From Alphaproteobacteria bacterium (GTDB lineage: Bacteria > Pseudomonadota > Alphaproteobacteria > UBA828), in NCBI GenBank assembly GCA_965237415.1, contig CBDEFM010000002.1, positions 3,424,001 to 3,488,000 on the forward strand: 64,000 nt of DNA. The letters are read 5' to 3'. The translations under genes were made by a program, and so were the position numbers. A model generated the notes under the pieces. That model ran no database searches and had not been told where the DNA came from. It saw only the letters and a list, made by a program, of their open reading frames with translations. Within the stretch, counting starts at the first letter, position 1. The number at the start of each line of letters is the position of its first letter. Positions 16,001 to 25,707 of the stretch are shown here, piece by piece.

Positions 16001-18100
16001 ATGAGTTCCTCCATGCCCGCGCCCAACTCTAATCCTTCTGTTGCGGCTCGAAGACCCGTCACGGCAACGCTGCACGGCACCCAGCGCAGCGACGATTACG
16101 CCTGGCTCAAGGATCCCGACTGGCAGCGGGTCATGCGCGAGCCTGACGCGCTCGACCCCGAGATCCGCGCCTATCTGGAGGCCGAGAACGCCTATACGGA
16201 GGCCTTCCTCGCCCCCTTTGCGGCACTCAGGGAGGCGCTCTACGCCGAGATGCGCGGGCGCATGAAGGAGGACGAGTCGTCGGTGCCCGCGCCCGATAAG
16301 GATTGGGCCTACTACGTCCGCTTCGTCGAGGGCGGCGAGCATCCGCTCTACTGCCGCACCCCGCGCGACGACGAGGCGGCGGAGGTGCTGCTGCTGGACG
16401 GCAACCGCGAGGCCGAAGGGGAGTCGTATTTCAGGATCGGCGCCTGCCGGCACAGTCCCGATCACCGCCGTCTTGCCTACGCGCTCGACCTAAACGGCTC
16501 GGAGCGCTACCGGCTCTTCGTCCGCGATATCGAGAGCGGCGCCGTTATCGACGGGCCCATCGAGGATGCCCGTGGCGATGCCGTCTGGGCTGCCGACGGC
16601 GAGACCGTCTTCTACACCGTGATCGACGAGAACCAGCGCCCCTACCAGGTGCGCCGCCACCGGGTGGGTGCCTCGGGCGCGGACCCGGTGGTCTACGAGG
16701 AGTCCGACCCCGGCTTCTTCGTCGGCATCGACAAGACGGAGAGCGGGCGCTTCATCTTGGTCTCGGCGCACGACCACATGACCTCCGAGGCGCATCTGAT
16801 CGAGGCGGCCCAACCCGAGAGCGCACCCCGCCTCGTTGCCGCCCGTGCGCGCGGCGTCGAATACAGCGTGGCCCATCGCGGCGGGCTTCTCTACATCCTG
16901 ACCAACGCTGACGGTGCCACTGACTTCAAGATCGTCACCGCGCCGGTAGAGGCGCCGGCGCGGGAGGCGTCGCGGGACTGGCTACCGCACGAGGCTGGAA
17001 TTTACGTGCGCACTCAGCTCCTCTTCGCCGGCCATCACGCGCGGCTGGAGCGGGTCGGCGGCCTGCCGCGCATCGTCGTGACCGACCTGGAGAGCGGCGA
17101 GTCGCACACCATCGCCTTCGAGGAGGAGGCCTACGACCTCGCGCTTGCGCCCGGCTACGAGTTCGAGACCGAGACGCTCCGCTTCGTCTACAGCTCGATG
17201 ACGACGCCGCGCCAGACCTTCGACTACGACATGCGCGCCCGTACCCGCACGCTGCGCAAGACCCAGGAGGTGCCGAGCGGGCACGACCCCGCCGACTACG
17301 TCACCCAGCGGCTGACGGCCGTGAGCCATGACGGCGCCGAGGTGCCGGTCTCCCTCCTCCATCGCCGAACGACCCCGCTCGACGGCACGGCGCCGCTCCT
17401 CCTCTACGGTTACGGCGCCTACGGCCACGCAATCCCGGCCTCGTTCTCGACGAACCGGCTGAGTCTGGTCGATCGCGGCTTCGTCTACGCCATCGCCCAC
17501 GTCCGGGGCGGCTCGGACTGCGGCTATGGCTGGTATCTCGACGGCAAGCTGGAGCGTAAGACCAATACTTTTGCCGACTTCATCGCCGCCGCCGAGCATC
17601 TGATCGCCGAAGGCTACACGACGAAGGGGCAAATCGCGGCCCACGGCGGCAGCGCCGGAGGGATGCTGATGGGGGCGGCCGCCAACATGCGGCCCGATCT
17701 CTTCGCCGGCATCGTCGCCGAGGTGCCCTTCGTCGATGTCCTCAACACCATGTGCGACGCCGCCCTGCCGCTGACACCGCCGGAATGGCCGGAATGGGGC
17801 AACCCCATCGAGGATGCGGAGGCGTGCCAAACCATCGCCTCTTACGCGCCCTACGAGAACGTGACCACACAGGCCTATCCGGCAATCTTCGCGACGGCGG
17901 GGCTCACCGACCCGCGCGTGACCTACTGGGAGCCGGCCAAGTGGGTGGCGAAGCTGCGGCGGCTCAAGACCGACGACAACCCGCTGCTGCTCCATACCAA
18001 CATGGAGGCCGGCCACGGCGGCGCCTCCGGCCGCTTCCGTCGGTTGGTGGAGGTGGCGATGGCCTACGCCTTCGTGCTCGCCATCGCCGGGCGTGTGTGA
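16001..18100 (+). CDS. ptrB: Oligopeptidase B (S9A)
   Basis: DDYAWL, LYGYGAYG, HVRGG, GGSAGG nucleophile, DPRVTYWEPAKW, AGHGG. Confidence 0.93.
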   Translation: MSSSMPAPNSNPSVAARRPVTATLHGTQRSDDYAWLKDPDWQRVMREPDALDPEIRAYLEAENAYTEAFLAPFAALREALYAEMRGRMKEDESSVPAPDKDWAYYVRFVEGGEHPLYCRTPRDDEAAEVLLLDGNREAEGESYFRIGACRHSPDHRRLAYALDLNGSERYRLFVRDIESGAVIDGPIEDARGDAVWAADGETVFYTVIDENQRPYQVRRHRVGASGADPVVYEESDPGFFVGIDKTESGRFILVSAHDHMTSEAHLIEAAQPESAPRLVAARARGVEYSVAHRGGLLYILTNADGATDFKIVTAPVEAPAREASRDWLPHEAGIYVRTQLLFAGHHARLERVGGLPRIVVTDLESGESHTIAFEEEAYDLALAPGYEFETETLRFVYSSMTTPRQTFDYDMRARTRTLRKTQEVPSGHDPADYVTQRLTAVSHDGAEVPVSLLHRRTTPLDGTAPLLLYGYGAYGHAIPASFSTNRLSLVDRGFVYAIAHVRGGSDCGYGWYLDGKLERKTNTFADFIAAAEHLIAEGYTTKGQIAAHGGSAGGMLMGAAANMRPDLFAGIVAEVPFVDVLNTMCDAALPLTPPEWPEWGNPIEDAEACQTIASYAPYENVTTQAYPAIFATAGLTDPRVTYWEPAKWVAKLRRLKTDDNPLLLHTNMEAGHGGASGRFRRLVEVAMAYAFVLAIAGRV

Positions 18101-18114
18101 AAGGGGAGCGCCTA

Positions 18115-19191
18115 TCACACCAGCGGGATCACCTCGCGGGCAAAGCGTTCCATCGAGCGCCGGCGGCTCGCGGCGGGGCGGCCGGGCTGCGCCGTGTTGA
18201 TGGCGAACTGGGTAACGCCGATCTCCCGATAGCGTCTTACCTGCGCCGCCACTTGCTCGGGCGTGCCGACAAGCTGGTGTTCGAGGAAGGGCGGCAGGTT
18301 GGCCGGATCGGCCATCGCCTCCATCCGCTCCATCTGCTGGACGTTGCGCTCGTAAGTGGGCACGTCCTTCCACGGGTTGGCATGGGTCTCGTAGTGGGCG
18401 ACCACCGCGCGGAAGAAGGCGGCGAGGTAGGTAATCGCCTCCTCTCTGGCGCGCGCCTCGCTGTCGGCGATGAAGCAGTGGATCCAGAGCGGGATGTTGG
18501 CGTCCACCCGCCTGCCCTTGGACCCCGTGATCGCCTTCCATGCCCTGATGGCATCGGCGTTCTGCTGGAAGGGCGAGGCCGAGGTGCAGAGCAGGCCGAG
18601 CCCCATCTCCGCCATGCGCTCGGCCGTGCCGGGATTGTTGCAGGCACCGTAGAGGTGGATGCGCTCCCGCACCGGCCCCGGACGGAGCGTCACCTCGCGC
18701 GGGATCGAGGCGTGCGTGCCCTCATAGCGGAAGGGCGCGCCGCTCAGCAGCCCCTCGGCAATCTCGTAATGCTCGCGAAAGAGGTCTCGGGAATGCGCCA
18801 TGTCGATGGCGCGCGCATCGTATTCGATGCGGGCCACGCCGCGCCCCAAGCCGAGATGCAGCTCGGCGTCGGTCATCAGGCTCAGCATCGCCACCTCTTC
18901 GGCAAAGCGCACCGGCTCATACCAGGGGAGCACGATGACCGCGGTGCCGAGGCCTAAGCCAGGACAGGCCGCTGCGACGTGGCTCAGGAAGAGGAGCGGC
19001 GAGGGCGAGGGGTAGTAGTCGGTAAAGTGGTGTTCCAGCACCCAGACGCTGCCGAAACCCAATGATTGCCCGTAGCGGCAGTCTGCCAGCATTTCGCGAT
19101 ATCGCTCGCGGTCGCCGGCAGCCCCCTCGCGCGCTGCGGGCATTACCGGGCCTACGGTGAAGCCGCAGGCCACGTCGGTGGGGTGCGTCAT
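18115..19191 (-). CDS. Luciferase-like (LLM) flavin-dependent oxidoreductase
   Basis: GFGSVWVLEHHF, LGTAVIVLPW, PVRFAEEVAML, LGLGRG, VGTPEQV. Confidence 0.9.
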   Translation of the reverse strand: MTHPTDVACGFTVGPVMPAAREGAAGDRERYREMLADCRYGQSLGFGSVWVLEHHFTDYYPSPSPLLFLSHVAAACPGLGLGTAVIVLPWYEPVRFAEEVAMLSLMTDAELHLGLGRGVARIEYDARAIDMAHSRDLFREHYEIAEGLLSGAPFRYEGTHASIPREVTLRPGPVRERIHLYGACNNPGTAERMAEMGLGLLCTSASPFQQNADAIRAWKAITGSKGRRVDANIPLWIHCFIADSEARAREEAITYLAAFFRAVVAHYETHANPWKDVPTYERNVQQMERMEAMADPANLPPFLEHQLVGTPEQVAAQVRRYREIGVTQFAINTAQPGRPAASRRRSMERFAREVIPLV

Positions 19192-19347
19192 TGCCGAGTC
19201 CTAGCGGACCCGGCGCGGTGCTCGCAAGCAGGAGAGCCGTTGCCGGCGGGTGAGGAGGGGGCTTCGCGGGCTGCGAGCCCCCTCGGCCCCGATGCGACTC
19301 GCGCCCGGCAAAGGTCGTTTCGGGGCGGAATCGGCCGGGCTACCGTC

Positions 19348-19761
19348 TTAGAAGATGCCGTTGGCCTTCTGCAGTTCGCGCACGTAGCGGGTGATCTTGA
19401 TCGCGTCCTCGTCCGAGACGCCTTCGACGGGCGGCATGTTGCCGAAGGGCCAGTGATGGGCGCGGACGCCCTTCCGGACCGCGAGGCGGAACGACATATC
19501 GCCGTGGTGGTTCGGCTCGTAGATCCTGTGCACCAGCGGCGGACCCTGGTCCGAGCCGGTTGCGTGGCGGCCGTGGCAGGTCATGCAGCTCTCCTCGAAC
19601 AGCGCGTGGCCCGCCGTCGCCTCGGAGGAGAACGTCGGAATCGTGAGGGTCGCGGCCGCGTCACCGGAGTGTGCCGGCTCGTCGTCGAACCACTGCATCC
19701 ACCCGACCACGCCCACGACCACCGCAGCCGCGATCAGGACGATGTAGGCCTTGTTCATCAT
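19348..19761 (-). CDS. Membrane-anchored c-type cytochrome, copper-cluster associated
   Basis: N-terminal TM; CMTCH; GPPLVHRIYEPNHHGD...HHWPFGNMPP. Confidence 0.85.
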   Translation of the reverse strand: MMNKAYIVLIAAAVVVGVVGWMQWFDDEPAHSGDAAATLTIPTFSSEATAGHALFEESCMTCHGRHATGSDQGPPLVHRIYEPNHHGDMSFRLAVRKGVRAHHWPFGNMPPVEGVSDEDAIKITRYVRELQKANGIF

Positions 19762-19826
19762 TCTCTTAAGGTTGGTTCGCCCTCTGGAGGCAGACCCGCG
19801 AGGTCGCCGAGGACTGGGTCCTTTTT

Positions 19827-20231
19827 TCATTGTTCGCCTCCGGGAGACGGGCCCGCGAGGTCCTCGAGGATCGGGCAGTCGGGCCGCTCGTCGCCGTGGC
19901 AGCGCGCCACCAGGCTCCCCAGCGTGCCGCGCAACCCTTCTAGCTCCGCGATCTTGCGGTCGATCCGGCGAAGATGGGCCTCCGCCACAGCCTTGACGTT
20001 GGCGCTGGCGCGGCTGCGGTCCTCGTAGAGCGAGAGCAGCATGCGGCACTCATTGATCGAGAAGCCGAGGGAACGGGCGCGGGCGAGGAACCTCAGCTTG
20101 TGCACGTCGGCCCCGGCAAAATCGCGATATCCGTTCTCGCCCCGCCCCGGCCGGATGAGGCCGATGTCCTCGTAATAGCGGATCGTCTTCGCTGTCAGCC
20201 CGCTCGCTTCCGCGACATCGCCGATCTTCAT
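19827..20231 (-). CDS. cueR: Cu(I)-responsive MerR-family regulator
   Basis: MKIGDVAEASGLTAKTIRYYE...RARSLGFS...CHGDERPDCPIL. Confidence 0.93.
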   Translation of the reverse strand: MKIGDVAEASGLTAKTIRYYEDIGLIRPGRGENGYRDFAGADVHKLRFLARARSLGFSINECRMLLSLYEDRSRASANVKAVAEAHLRRIDRKIAELEGLRGTLGSLVARCHGDERPDCPILEDLAGPSPGGEQ

Positions 20232-20249
20232 GGCCACCTCCGCGATCCT

Positions 20250-20280
20250 CTCATAAAGGTTCCCATCACGGGAAGGTCAA
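20250..20280 (-). promoter_or_regulatory. CueR-type promoter facing cueR/cytochrome c
   Basis: Minus strand TTGACC-TTCCCGTGATGGGAACCTT(19 nt)-TATGAG with dyad TTCCC-N5-GGGAA. Confidence 0.75.
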
Positions 20281-20294
20281 GACTATGAGACCCC

Positions 20295-20325
20295 TTGACC
20301 TTCCAGTCACTGGAATTCCTACTTT
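20295..20325 (+). promoter_or_regulatory. CueR-type promoter of copA
   Basis: TTGACC-TTCCAGTCACTGGAATTCC(19 nt)-TACTTT with dyad TTCCAGT-C-ACTGGAA. Confidence 0.85.
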
Positions 20326-20342
20326 ATAGTGAGGAGAGAGCC

Positions 20343-22664
20343 TTGAAGAGGCCAGCGGTGGACCCCCATACATCCGTCGAGCACGTGGCGCGCGACCCCG
20401 TCTGCGGCATGGCGGTGGAGCGCGCCGGCGCCCGTCACACGGCCCGGCACGAAGGGCAGACGTTCTACTTCTGCTGCGCCCGGTGCAGGGAGCGGTTTAC
20501 CGCCGCGCCGGACGAGTTCCTCGGCGACCGCCCGCAGACCCAGCCCGCGCCCGAGGGCAGCCTCTACACCTGCCCGATGGACCCCGAAATCGTGCAGGCC
20601 ACCCCAGGCGACTGCTCCATCTGCGGCATGGCGCTGGAGCCGATGATGCCTGCGGTCGATGCGGGACCTTCACCCGAGCTTCGCGACCTGCGCCGGCGGC
20701 TCTGGCTTGCCGCACCGCTCGCAGGCGCCGTGTTTGCGTTGGAAATGGGGAGCCACGCCGGCATTCCCTTCGACTTCTGGATCGGCCCGCGGCTCTTCAT
20801 CGCGCTGCAATGCCTGCTCGCAACGCCTGTGCTCTGGATCGCCCGCGCCTTCTTCCTGCGGGGTCTTGCGTCGGTGCGCAATCGCTCGCCCAACATGTGG
20901 ACCCTGATCGCGCTCGGCACGGGCGCGGCCTGGCTCTTCAGCCTCGCCGGTGTGATCGCACCGGGCGCCTTCCCCGCGACGGTCCTCGCCGCAGGCGGGC
21001 AGCCGCCGGCCTACTTCGAGGCGGCGGCGGTGATCCTCGTGCTCGTGCTGGTTGGGCAGGTCATGGAAACCGCAGCCCGTGAGCGGACGGGCGATGCCAT
21101 CCGCGCGCTCATGGGTCTCGCGCCGAAGACGGCACGCCGGTTGGGCGACGGCGGCGAGGCCGATGTGCCCCTCGACGCGGTCCGCCCCGGCGACCGGCTC
21201 CGCGTGCGGCCCGGCGAGAGCGTGCCCGTGGACGGCGTCGTGACCGAGGGCCGCGCCACGGTCGACGAGAGCATGATTACGGGCGAGCCCATGCCGGTGG
21301 AGAAGGCGCCGGGCGATCCGCTGACCGGCGGCACGCTCAACAAGTCCGGCAGTCTCGTCATGCGGGCGGAACGGGTCGGCGCGGAGACCACGCTCGCCCG
21401 CATCGTCGCCCTGGTGGCGAAGGCGCAGCGCAGCCGCGCGCCGATCCAGGCGCTCGCCGACCGGGTCGCCGGTGTCTTCGTGCCGGTCGTGGTCGCCATC
21501 GCCGTGCTCGCCGCTATCGGTTGGGTGGCGGCCGGACCGTCGCCTGCGTTGGCTTATGCGCTGAGCGCGGCGGTGAGCGTGCTGATCATCGCCTGCCCTT
21601 GCGCCCTCGGGCTGGCGACGCCCATGTCGATCATGGTGGCTGCCGGGCGCGGCGCCCAGGCGGGCGTGCTGGTGCGCGACGCCGAGGCCCTGGAGCGCCT
21701 CGCCAAGGCGGACCTGCTGGTCGTGGACAAGACCGGCACGCTGACCGAAGGGCGGCCAACCGTGACCGACGTCATCCCGTTGGGTGCCGCTGATCGAGAG
21801 CGCCTGCTTGCGCTCGCGGCGGCGCTGGAGCGGAGCACCCAGCACCCGCTCGCCGAAGCGGTCGTCGAGGCAGCCGAAGCGGCGGGCGCGCCGTACCTCG
21901 CAGCGAGCGACGCGGAGTCCCTGGCGGGCCGGGGCGTGCACGGCCGGGTAGCGGGCCACGCGGTTGCGCTTGGCAATGCTGCCATGATGCAGGCGCTCGG
22001 CATCCCGCTCGACGACCACGCGCACCGGGCGAATAGGCTTGAGGACGCCGGCAAGACGGCGATGTTCGTGGCGGTGGACGGCGTGCTCTCGGGCGTGATC
22101 GGGGTCGCCGACCGGGTGAGAGAGACCGCACCCGATGCCATGCGTGCCCTCGAGGCGATGGACCTCCGCGTCGTCATGGCCACCGGCGACAGCCCTCGCG
22201 TGGCCGGAATCGTCGCCGGCGCGCTCGGTATCGACGAGGTGCATGCCGCGCTCGGGCCGGAGGAGAAGGGCGCGCTCGTCGAGCAGTTCCGGCGTCAGGG
22301 CCGGACCGTCGCCATGGCCGGCGACGGAGTGAACGACGCGCCGGCACTCGCATTGGCCGACGTCGGCATCGCCATCGGTACCGGCGCCGACATCGCCATG
22401 GAGAGCGCGGGCATCACGCTGGTCAAGGGCGACCTCCGGGGCATCGTTCGCGCCCGCAGGCTGGCACAGGCGACCATGGGCAACGTGCGCCAGAACCTCT
22501 TCCTCGCCTTCGTCTATAACGCGCTCGCCATCCCCATCGCCGCGGGCGTGCTGTTCCCTCCGTTCGGCATTCTGCTCTCGCCCATGATCGCCGCCGCCGT
22601 GATGAGCCTCTCCTCGGTCTCGGTCATCGGCAATGCGCTCAGGCTCCGTGCGGCGCGCGTCTGA
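20343..22664 (+). CDS. copA: Copper-translocating P1B-type ATPase with YHS and heavy-metal-binding domains
   Basis: DPVCGM...YFCC, YTCPM, TGE, CPCALG, DKTGT, HP, GDGVNDAP, YN, MSLSS. TTG 20343 follows GAGGAG (GTG 20358 is an alternative). Confidence 0.93.
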   Translation: MKRPAVDPHTSVEHVARDPVCGMAVERAGARHTARHEGQTFYFCCARCRERFTAAPDEFLGDRPQTQPAPEGSLYTCPMDPEIVQATPGDCSICGMALEPMMPAVDAGPSPELRDLRRRLWLAAPLAGAVFALEMGSHAGIPFDFWIGPRLFIALQCLLATPVLWIARAFFLRGLASVRNRSPNMWTLIALGTGAAWLFSLAGVIAPGAFPATVLAAGGQPPAYFEAAAVILVLVLVGQVMETAARERTGDAIRALMGLAPKTARRLGDGGEADVPLDAVRPGDRLRVRPGESVPVDGVVTEGRATVDESMITGEPMPVEKAPGDPLTGGTLNKSGSLVMRAERVGAETTLARIVALVAKAQRSRAPIQALADRVAGVFVPVVVAIAVLAAIGWVAAGPSPALAYALSAAVSVLIIACPCALGLATPMSIMVAAGRGAQAGVLVRDAEALERLAKADLLVVDKTGTLTEGRPTVTDVIPLGAADRERLLALAAALERSTQHPLAEAVVEAAEAAGAPYLAASDAESLAGRGVHGRVAGHAVALGNAAMMQALGIPLDDHAHRANRLEDAGKTAMFVAVDGVLSGVIGVADRVRETAPDAMRALEAMDLRVVMATGDSPRVAGIVAGALGIDEVHAALGPEEKGALVEQFRRQGRTVAMAGDGVNDAPALALADVGIAIGTGADIAMESAGITLVKGDLRGIVRARRLAQATMGNVRQNLFLAFVYNALAIPIAAGVLFPPFGILLSPMIAAAVMSLSSVSVIGNALRLRAARV

Positions 22665-22671
22665 GAGCGCC

Positions 22672-23133
22672 GTGCGACGATCGGTACTCCCGATCGGCGC
22701 CGCGATAGCGGTCGTAGCCGGTTCGCTGTTGGCGGGGCCGCTTGTCTGGGCATCGGACGATTTCGCGCTCGGTGCCGCGCTCTACGCCGAACACTGCGCC
22801 TCGTGCCACGGCAAGAACCTCGAAGGCGCGCCGGACTGGCGAAGAGTGGGCGCCGACGGCCGCTATCCGGCACCGCCCCATGACGAGACGGGCCACACCT
22901 GGCACCACGGCGACCGGCTGCTGTTCGATTACACGAAGCTGGGCGGCGAGGCGACACTGGCCAATTACGGCGTCACCGATTTCGAGAGCGACATGCCCGG
23001 CTTCGGCCACATTCTCACCGACGACGAAATCCGCGATGTGCTCACCTTTATCAGGAGCACGTGGTCCGGCGCGGTGCGCCGTCACCAGGAGCAGATGACG
23101 CGGCAGGAAGCCGCGTCTCAACCCGGGGAATAG
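22672..23133 (+). CDS. Periplasmic c-type cytochrome
   Basis: Signal peptide; CASCH; PAPPHDETGHTWHH; MPGF. Confidence 0.85.
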   Translation: MRRSVLPIGAAIAVVAGSLLAGPLVWASDDFALGAALYAEHCASCHGKNLEGAPDWRRVGADGRYPAPPHDETGHTWHHGDRLLFDYTKLGGEATLANYGVTDFESDMPGFGHILTDDEIRDVLTFIRSTWSGAVRRHQEQMTRQEAASQPGE

Positions 23134-23141
23134 GAGCCGGC

Positions 23142-23585
23142 ATGGCGGATCGGCCCCCGCATCTGCGCTCTCGCGCGCTCTTCTACGCCGCCGCTCTGCT
23201 GTGGTTGCCGGCTGGCGTGGTGGCGACGGCAGTTGTCCGCTTCGGGCCCACCGCGGTAGTGCCGGGCGAGTGGCCAACGGCGATTGCAATGGCCGCGTCG
23301 TCGCTGATCGTGGCCGCCGTCTGCGGGTTTCCGCTTGCGTTCGCCTGTCGGCGGCTGGGGCGAATGGGTCATCCTCGTGCCGCTTGGATCGCGGGCGTTA
23401 TCCTCGGCGCCGCGACGGTGGCGGCGTCGCTCCCGGCCGGCTTGTTCGGCCCGCCCGGCATCGCCGTTGCGGCCCTGCTGCTGAGCCTGCCGGTCTGGAT
23501 CGCGGTGTTCTGGCTCGGCCGACGAGCGCGGAGGGGTGCCGATGCGGGGCGCCCGCCTCTGGACGGGCGGGATCGCCGTCCATAG
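23142..23585 (+). CDS. Hypothetical membrane protein
   Basis: AGGAG RBS, four hydrophobic segments. Confidence 0.6.
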   Translation: MADRPPHLRSRALFYAAALLWLPAGVVATAVVRFGPTAVVPGEWPTAIAMAASSLIVAAVCGFPLAFACRRLGRMGHPRAAWIAGVILGAATVAASLPAGLFGPPGIAVAALLLSLPVWIAVFWLGRRARRGADAGRPPLDGRDRRP

Positions 23586-23641
23586 GCTGGCCGAGCGCCA
23601 CCAGACCACGCCACCGTGGCGCGTCCAGCTGTGGAGCGCCG

Positions 23642-24847
23642 ATGGAAACGGGGCCGGGGGTGGCGTTGCGCCCGTACTTTCCGCTCGTTGCGGGAGTTCT
23701 GATCAACCTCTCGATCGGGATCCTCTACGCATGGAGCGTCTTCGTGGCCCCGCTCGAAGCCGAGCTCGGCGCCGACCGCGCGACGGTGAGCGGCGCACAG
23801 TCGCTCTGCCTGTTCACCGCGACAATCGGCTGCTTCGTGATGCACCGGTTGCTGCACTGGTTCACGCTCCCGCAGCTCACCCTCGTCACGGGCGCGGTGA
23901 CGGCAGCCGGCCTCGCGCTTGCAGGCTTCGGCCAGTCGGTCGCGGCGCTCTATGTGGGCTACGGCGTGCTCTACGGCTTTGCCGCCGGCATCCTCTATTT
24001 CATCGCGATGACGGCGGCCAGCATCGACGGGCCGGTGAGACCCAGCATCGCCATGAGCATCAACATGTCGGCGGTCGCCGCCGGCGGCATCGCCTGGGCT
24101 CCCGGCCTGACCCTCGTAATCGACACGGTGGGGCCGGCCACGGCCTTTGGCATGGCTGCGGCGGTCGTTCTTGCGGCTACCGCGATCGGCGCGGCGCTCA
24201 TCGCGTCTTCTCGAAAGGAGCCGCCTGCGACCGGCGCGATCGGTCTTTTCCAGGACATGCTGACCGATCGACCCCGCGTGGTGATCGCGATCTTTCTGGG
24301 TTTCTTCTGTGTCGCCTTCACGGCGCTTGTGGTCATCGGCCACGCAGCAACGATGATGGCCGCATGGGGTGCGTCCGCGGGCGAGACCCAATTCGCGCCG
24401 ATGCTGAACAGCGCCGGCTATGTGGCCGGCGCTCTGGTCGGCGGTCTTCTCACCGATGTGCTGACAGGCCGGCGGGTGCTCACGGGCGTTGGGCTCGTCA
24501 TGGGGGTGTTCCTGCTGGGGCTCTACTTCGCCCCGGGAGTCGTCATGGGGCTTGCCGCCATCGCTGCGGTTGGCGTCGCCTTCGGCGTGCTTGCGAGCGC
24601 ACATCCCGTGACCGTCGCGGGCTACTACGGGACGGCGGCGCTGCCGCGGGTCTTCGGCCGCATCGCTCTCGCCTACGGGCTCGGCGGCCTGCTCGGGCCG
24701 TTTAGCGCCGGCGCCCTCTACGACGCCGATCACCATTACGGCACGGCGGTTATCCTGATCGCCGTTCTCGCCTTCGTGGGCGCGGCGTTCTATGCCGGTC
24801 TGCCCCACCAGGAGCGGCTCGGCGCATCGGCCAGACGGGCGGCGTAG
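23642..24847 (+). CDS. MFS transporter (OFA-like)
   Basis: GILYAWSVF, about 12 hydrophobic segments, YYG...FG motif. Confidence 0.85.
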   Translation: METGPGVALRPYFPLVAGVLINLSIGILYAWSVFVAPLEAELGADRATVSGAQSLCLFTATIGCFVMHRLLHWFTLPQLTLVTGAVTAAGLALAGFGQSVAALYVGYGVLYGFAAGILYFIAMTAASIDGPVRPSIAMSINMSAVAAGGIAWAPGLTLVIDTVGPATAFGMAAAVVLAATAIGAALIASSRKEPPATGAIGLFQDMLTDRPRVVIAIFLGFFCVAFTALVVIGHAATMMAAWGASAGETQFAPMLNSAGYVAGALVGGLLTDVLTGRRVLTGVGLVMGVFLLGLYFAPGVVMGLAAIAAVGVAFGVLASAHPVTVAGYYGTAALPRVFGRIALAYGLGGLLGPFSAGALYDADHHYGTAVILIAVLAFVGAAFYAGLPHQERLGASARRAA

Positions 24848-24876
24848 GGCCGGACCGTCAGAGGGGGAGCAAGACC

Positions 24877-25704
24877 ATGCCGCATATCACGACGAATGAC
24901 GGGGTCCGCCTCAACTATGTCGAACGGGGCAGCGGCGCGCCCCTCGTCATGATCCCCGGCTGGTCGCAGACCGCCGCGCAGTTCGAGGCCCAGATCGAGG
25001 GGCTGTCGGCCAACCGCCGCGTCATCGCCTTCGACATGAGGGGACATGGCGACTCCGACAAGCCGGAGCACGGCTACAAGATTCAGCGCCTTGCCATGGA
25101 CGTACGCAACGCGATCGAGGCGCTCGGGCTGGAGCGAGTGAGCCTGCTCGGCCACTCCATGGGGTGCTCCGTGATCTGGTGCTACATCGACCTGTTCGGC
25201 GAAGCGGGGCTGGAGCGGCTCGTCCTCGTCGATCAGATGCCCAGCATTACCGCGCGGAGCGAATGGTCCGAGCAGGAGAAGCAGGACGCCGGCGCGATCT
25301 TCGATGGCGCGAGCCTCTACGAGACCATCGCCGCTCTCGCCGGAGCCGACGGTGTGGGGACCACGAAGGGCTTGATCAGCAGCATGTTCACCGGCACCTT
25401 TCCCGCCGAGCGGGTGGCGTGGGTCATCGAACAGAATCGCAAGATGCCGCGCCGCCACGCGGCCTCGCTCCTCCTCAATCACTCGACGCAGGACTGGCGC
25501 GACCTGATCCCCCGCATCACGCTCCCGACGCTCATCGTCGGCGGCCGCGCGAGCCTGATCGACTGGCGCTCGCAGGAATGGATGCACCGCCAGATCGCAG
25601 GCTCGCAGCTGGAGATCTTCGAGGAGGCCGACGGCGGCAATCACTTCATGTTTATGGAGAATCCCGAGCGCTTCAATCGCCTGGTGGATGCGTTCATGGG
25701 CTGA
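24877..25704 (+). CDS. Alpha/beta hydrolase (non-heme haloperoxidase-like)
   Basis: DMRGHGDS, GHSMG, C-terminal H in GNHFMF. Confidence 0.9.
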   Translation: MPHITTNDGVRLNYVERGSGAPLVMIPGWSQTAAQFEAQIEGLSANRRVIAFDMRGHGDSDKPEHGYKIQRLAMDVRNAIEALGLERVSLLGHSMGCSVIWCYIDLFGEAGLERLVLVDQMPSITARSEWSEQEKQDAGAIFDGASLYETIAALAGADGVGTTKGLISSMFTGTFPAERVAWVIEQNRKMPRRHAASLLLNHSTQDWRDLIPRITLPTLIVGGRASLIDWRSQEWMHRQIAGSQLEIFEEADGGNHFMFMENPERFNRLVDAFMG

Positions 25705-25707
25705 GCT

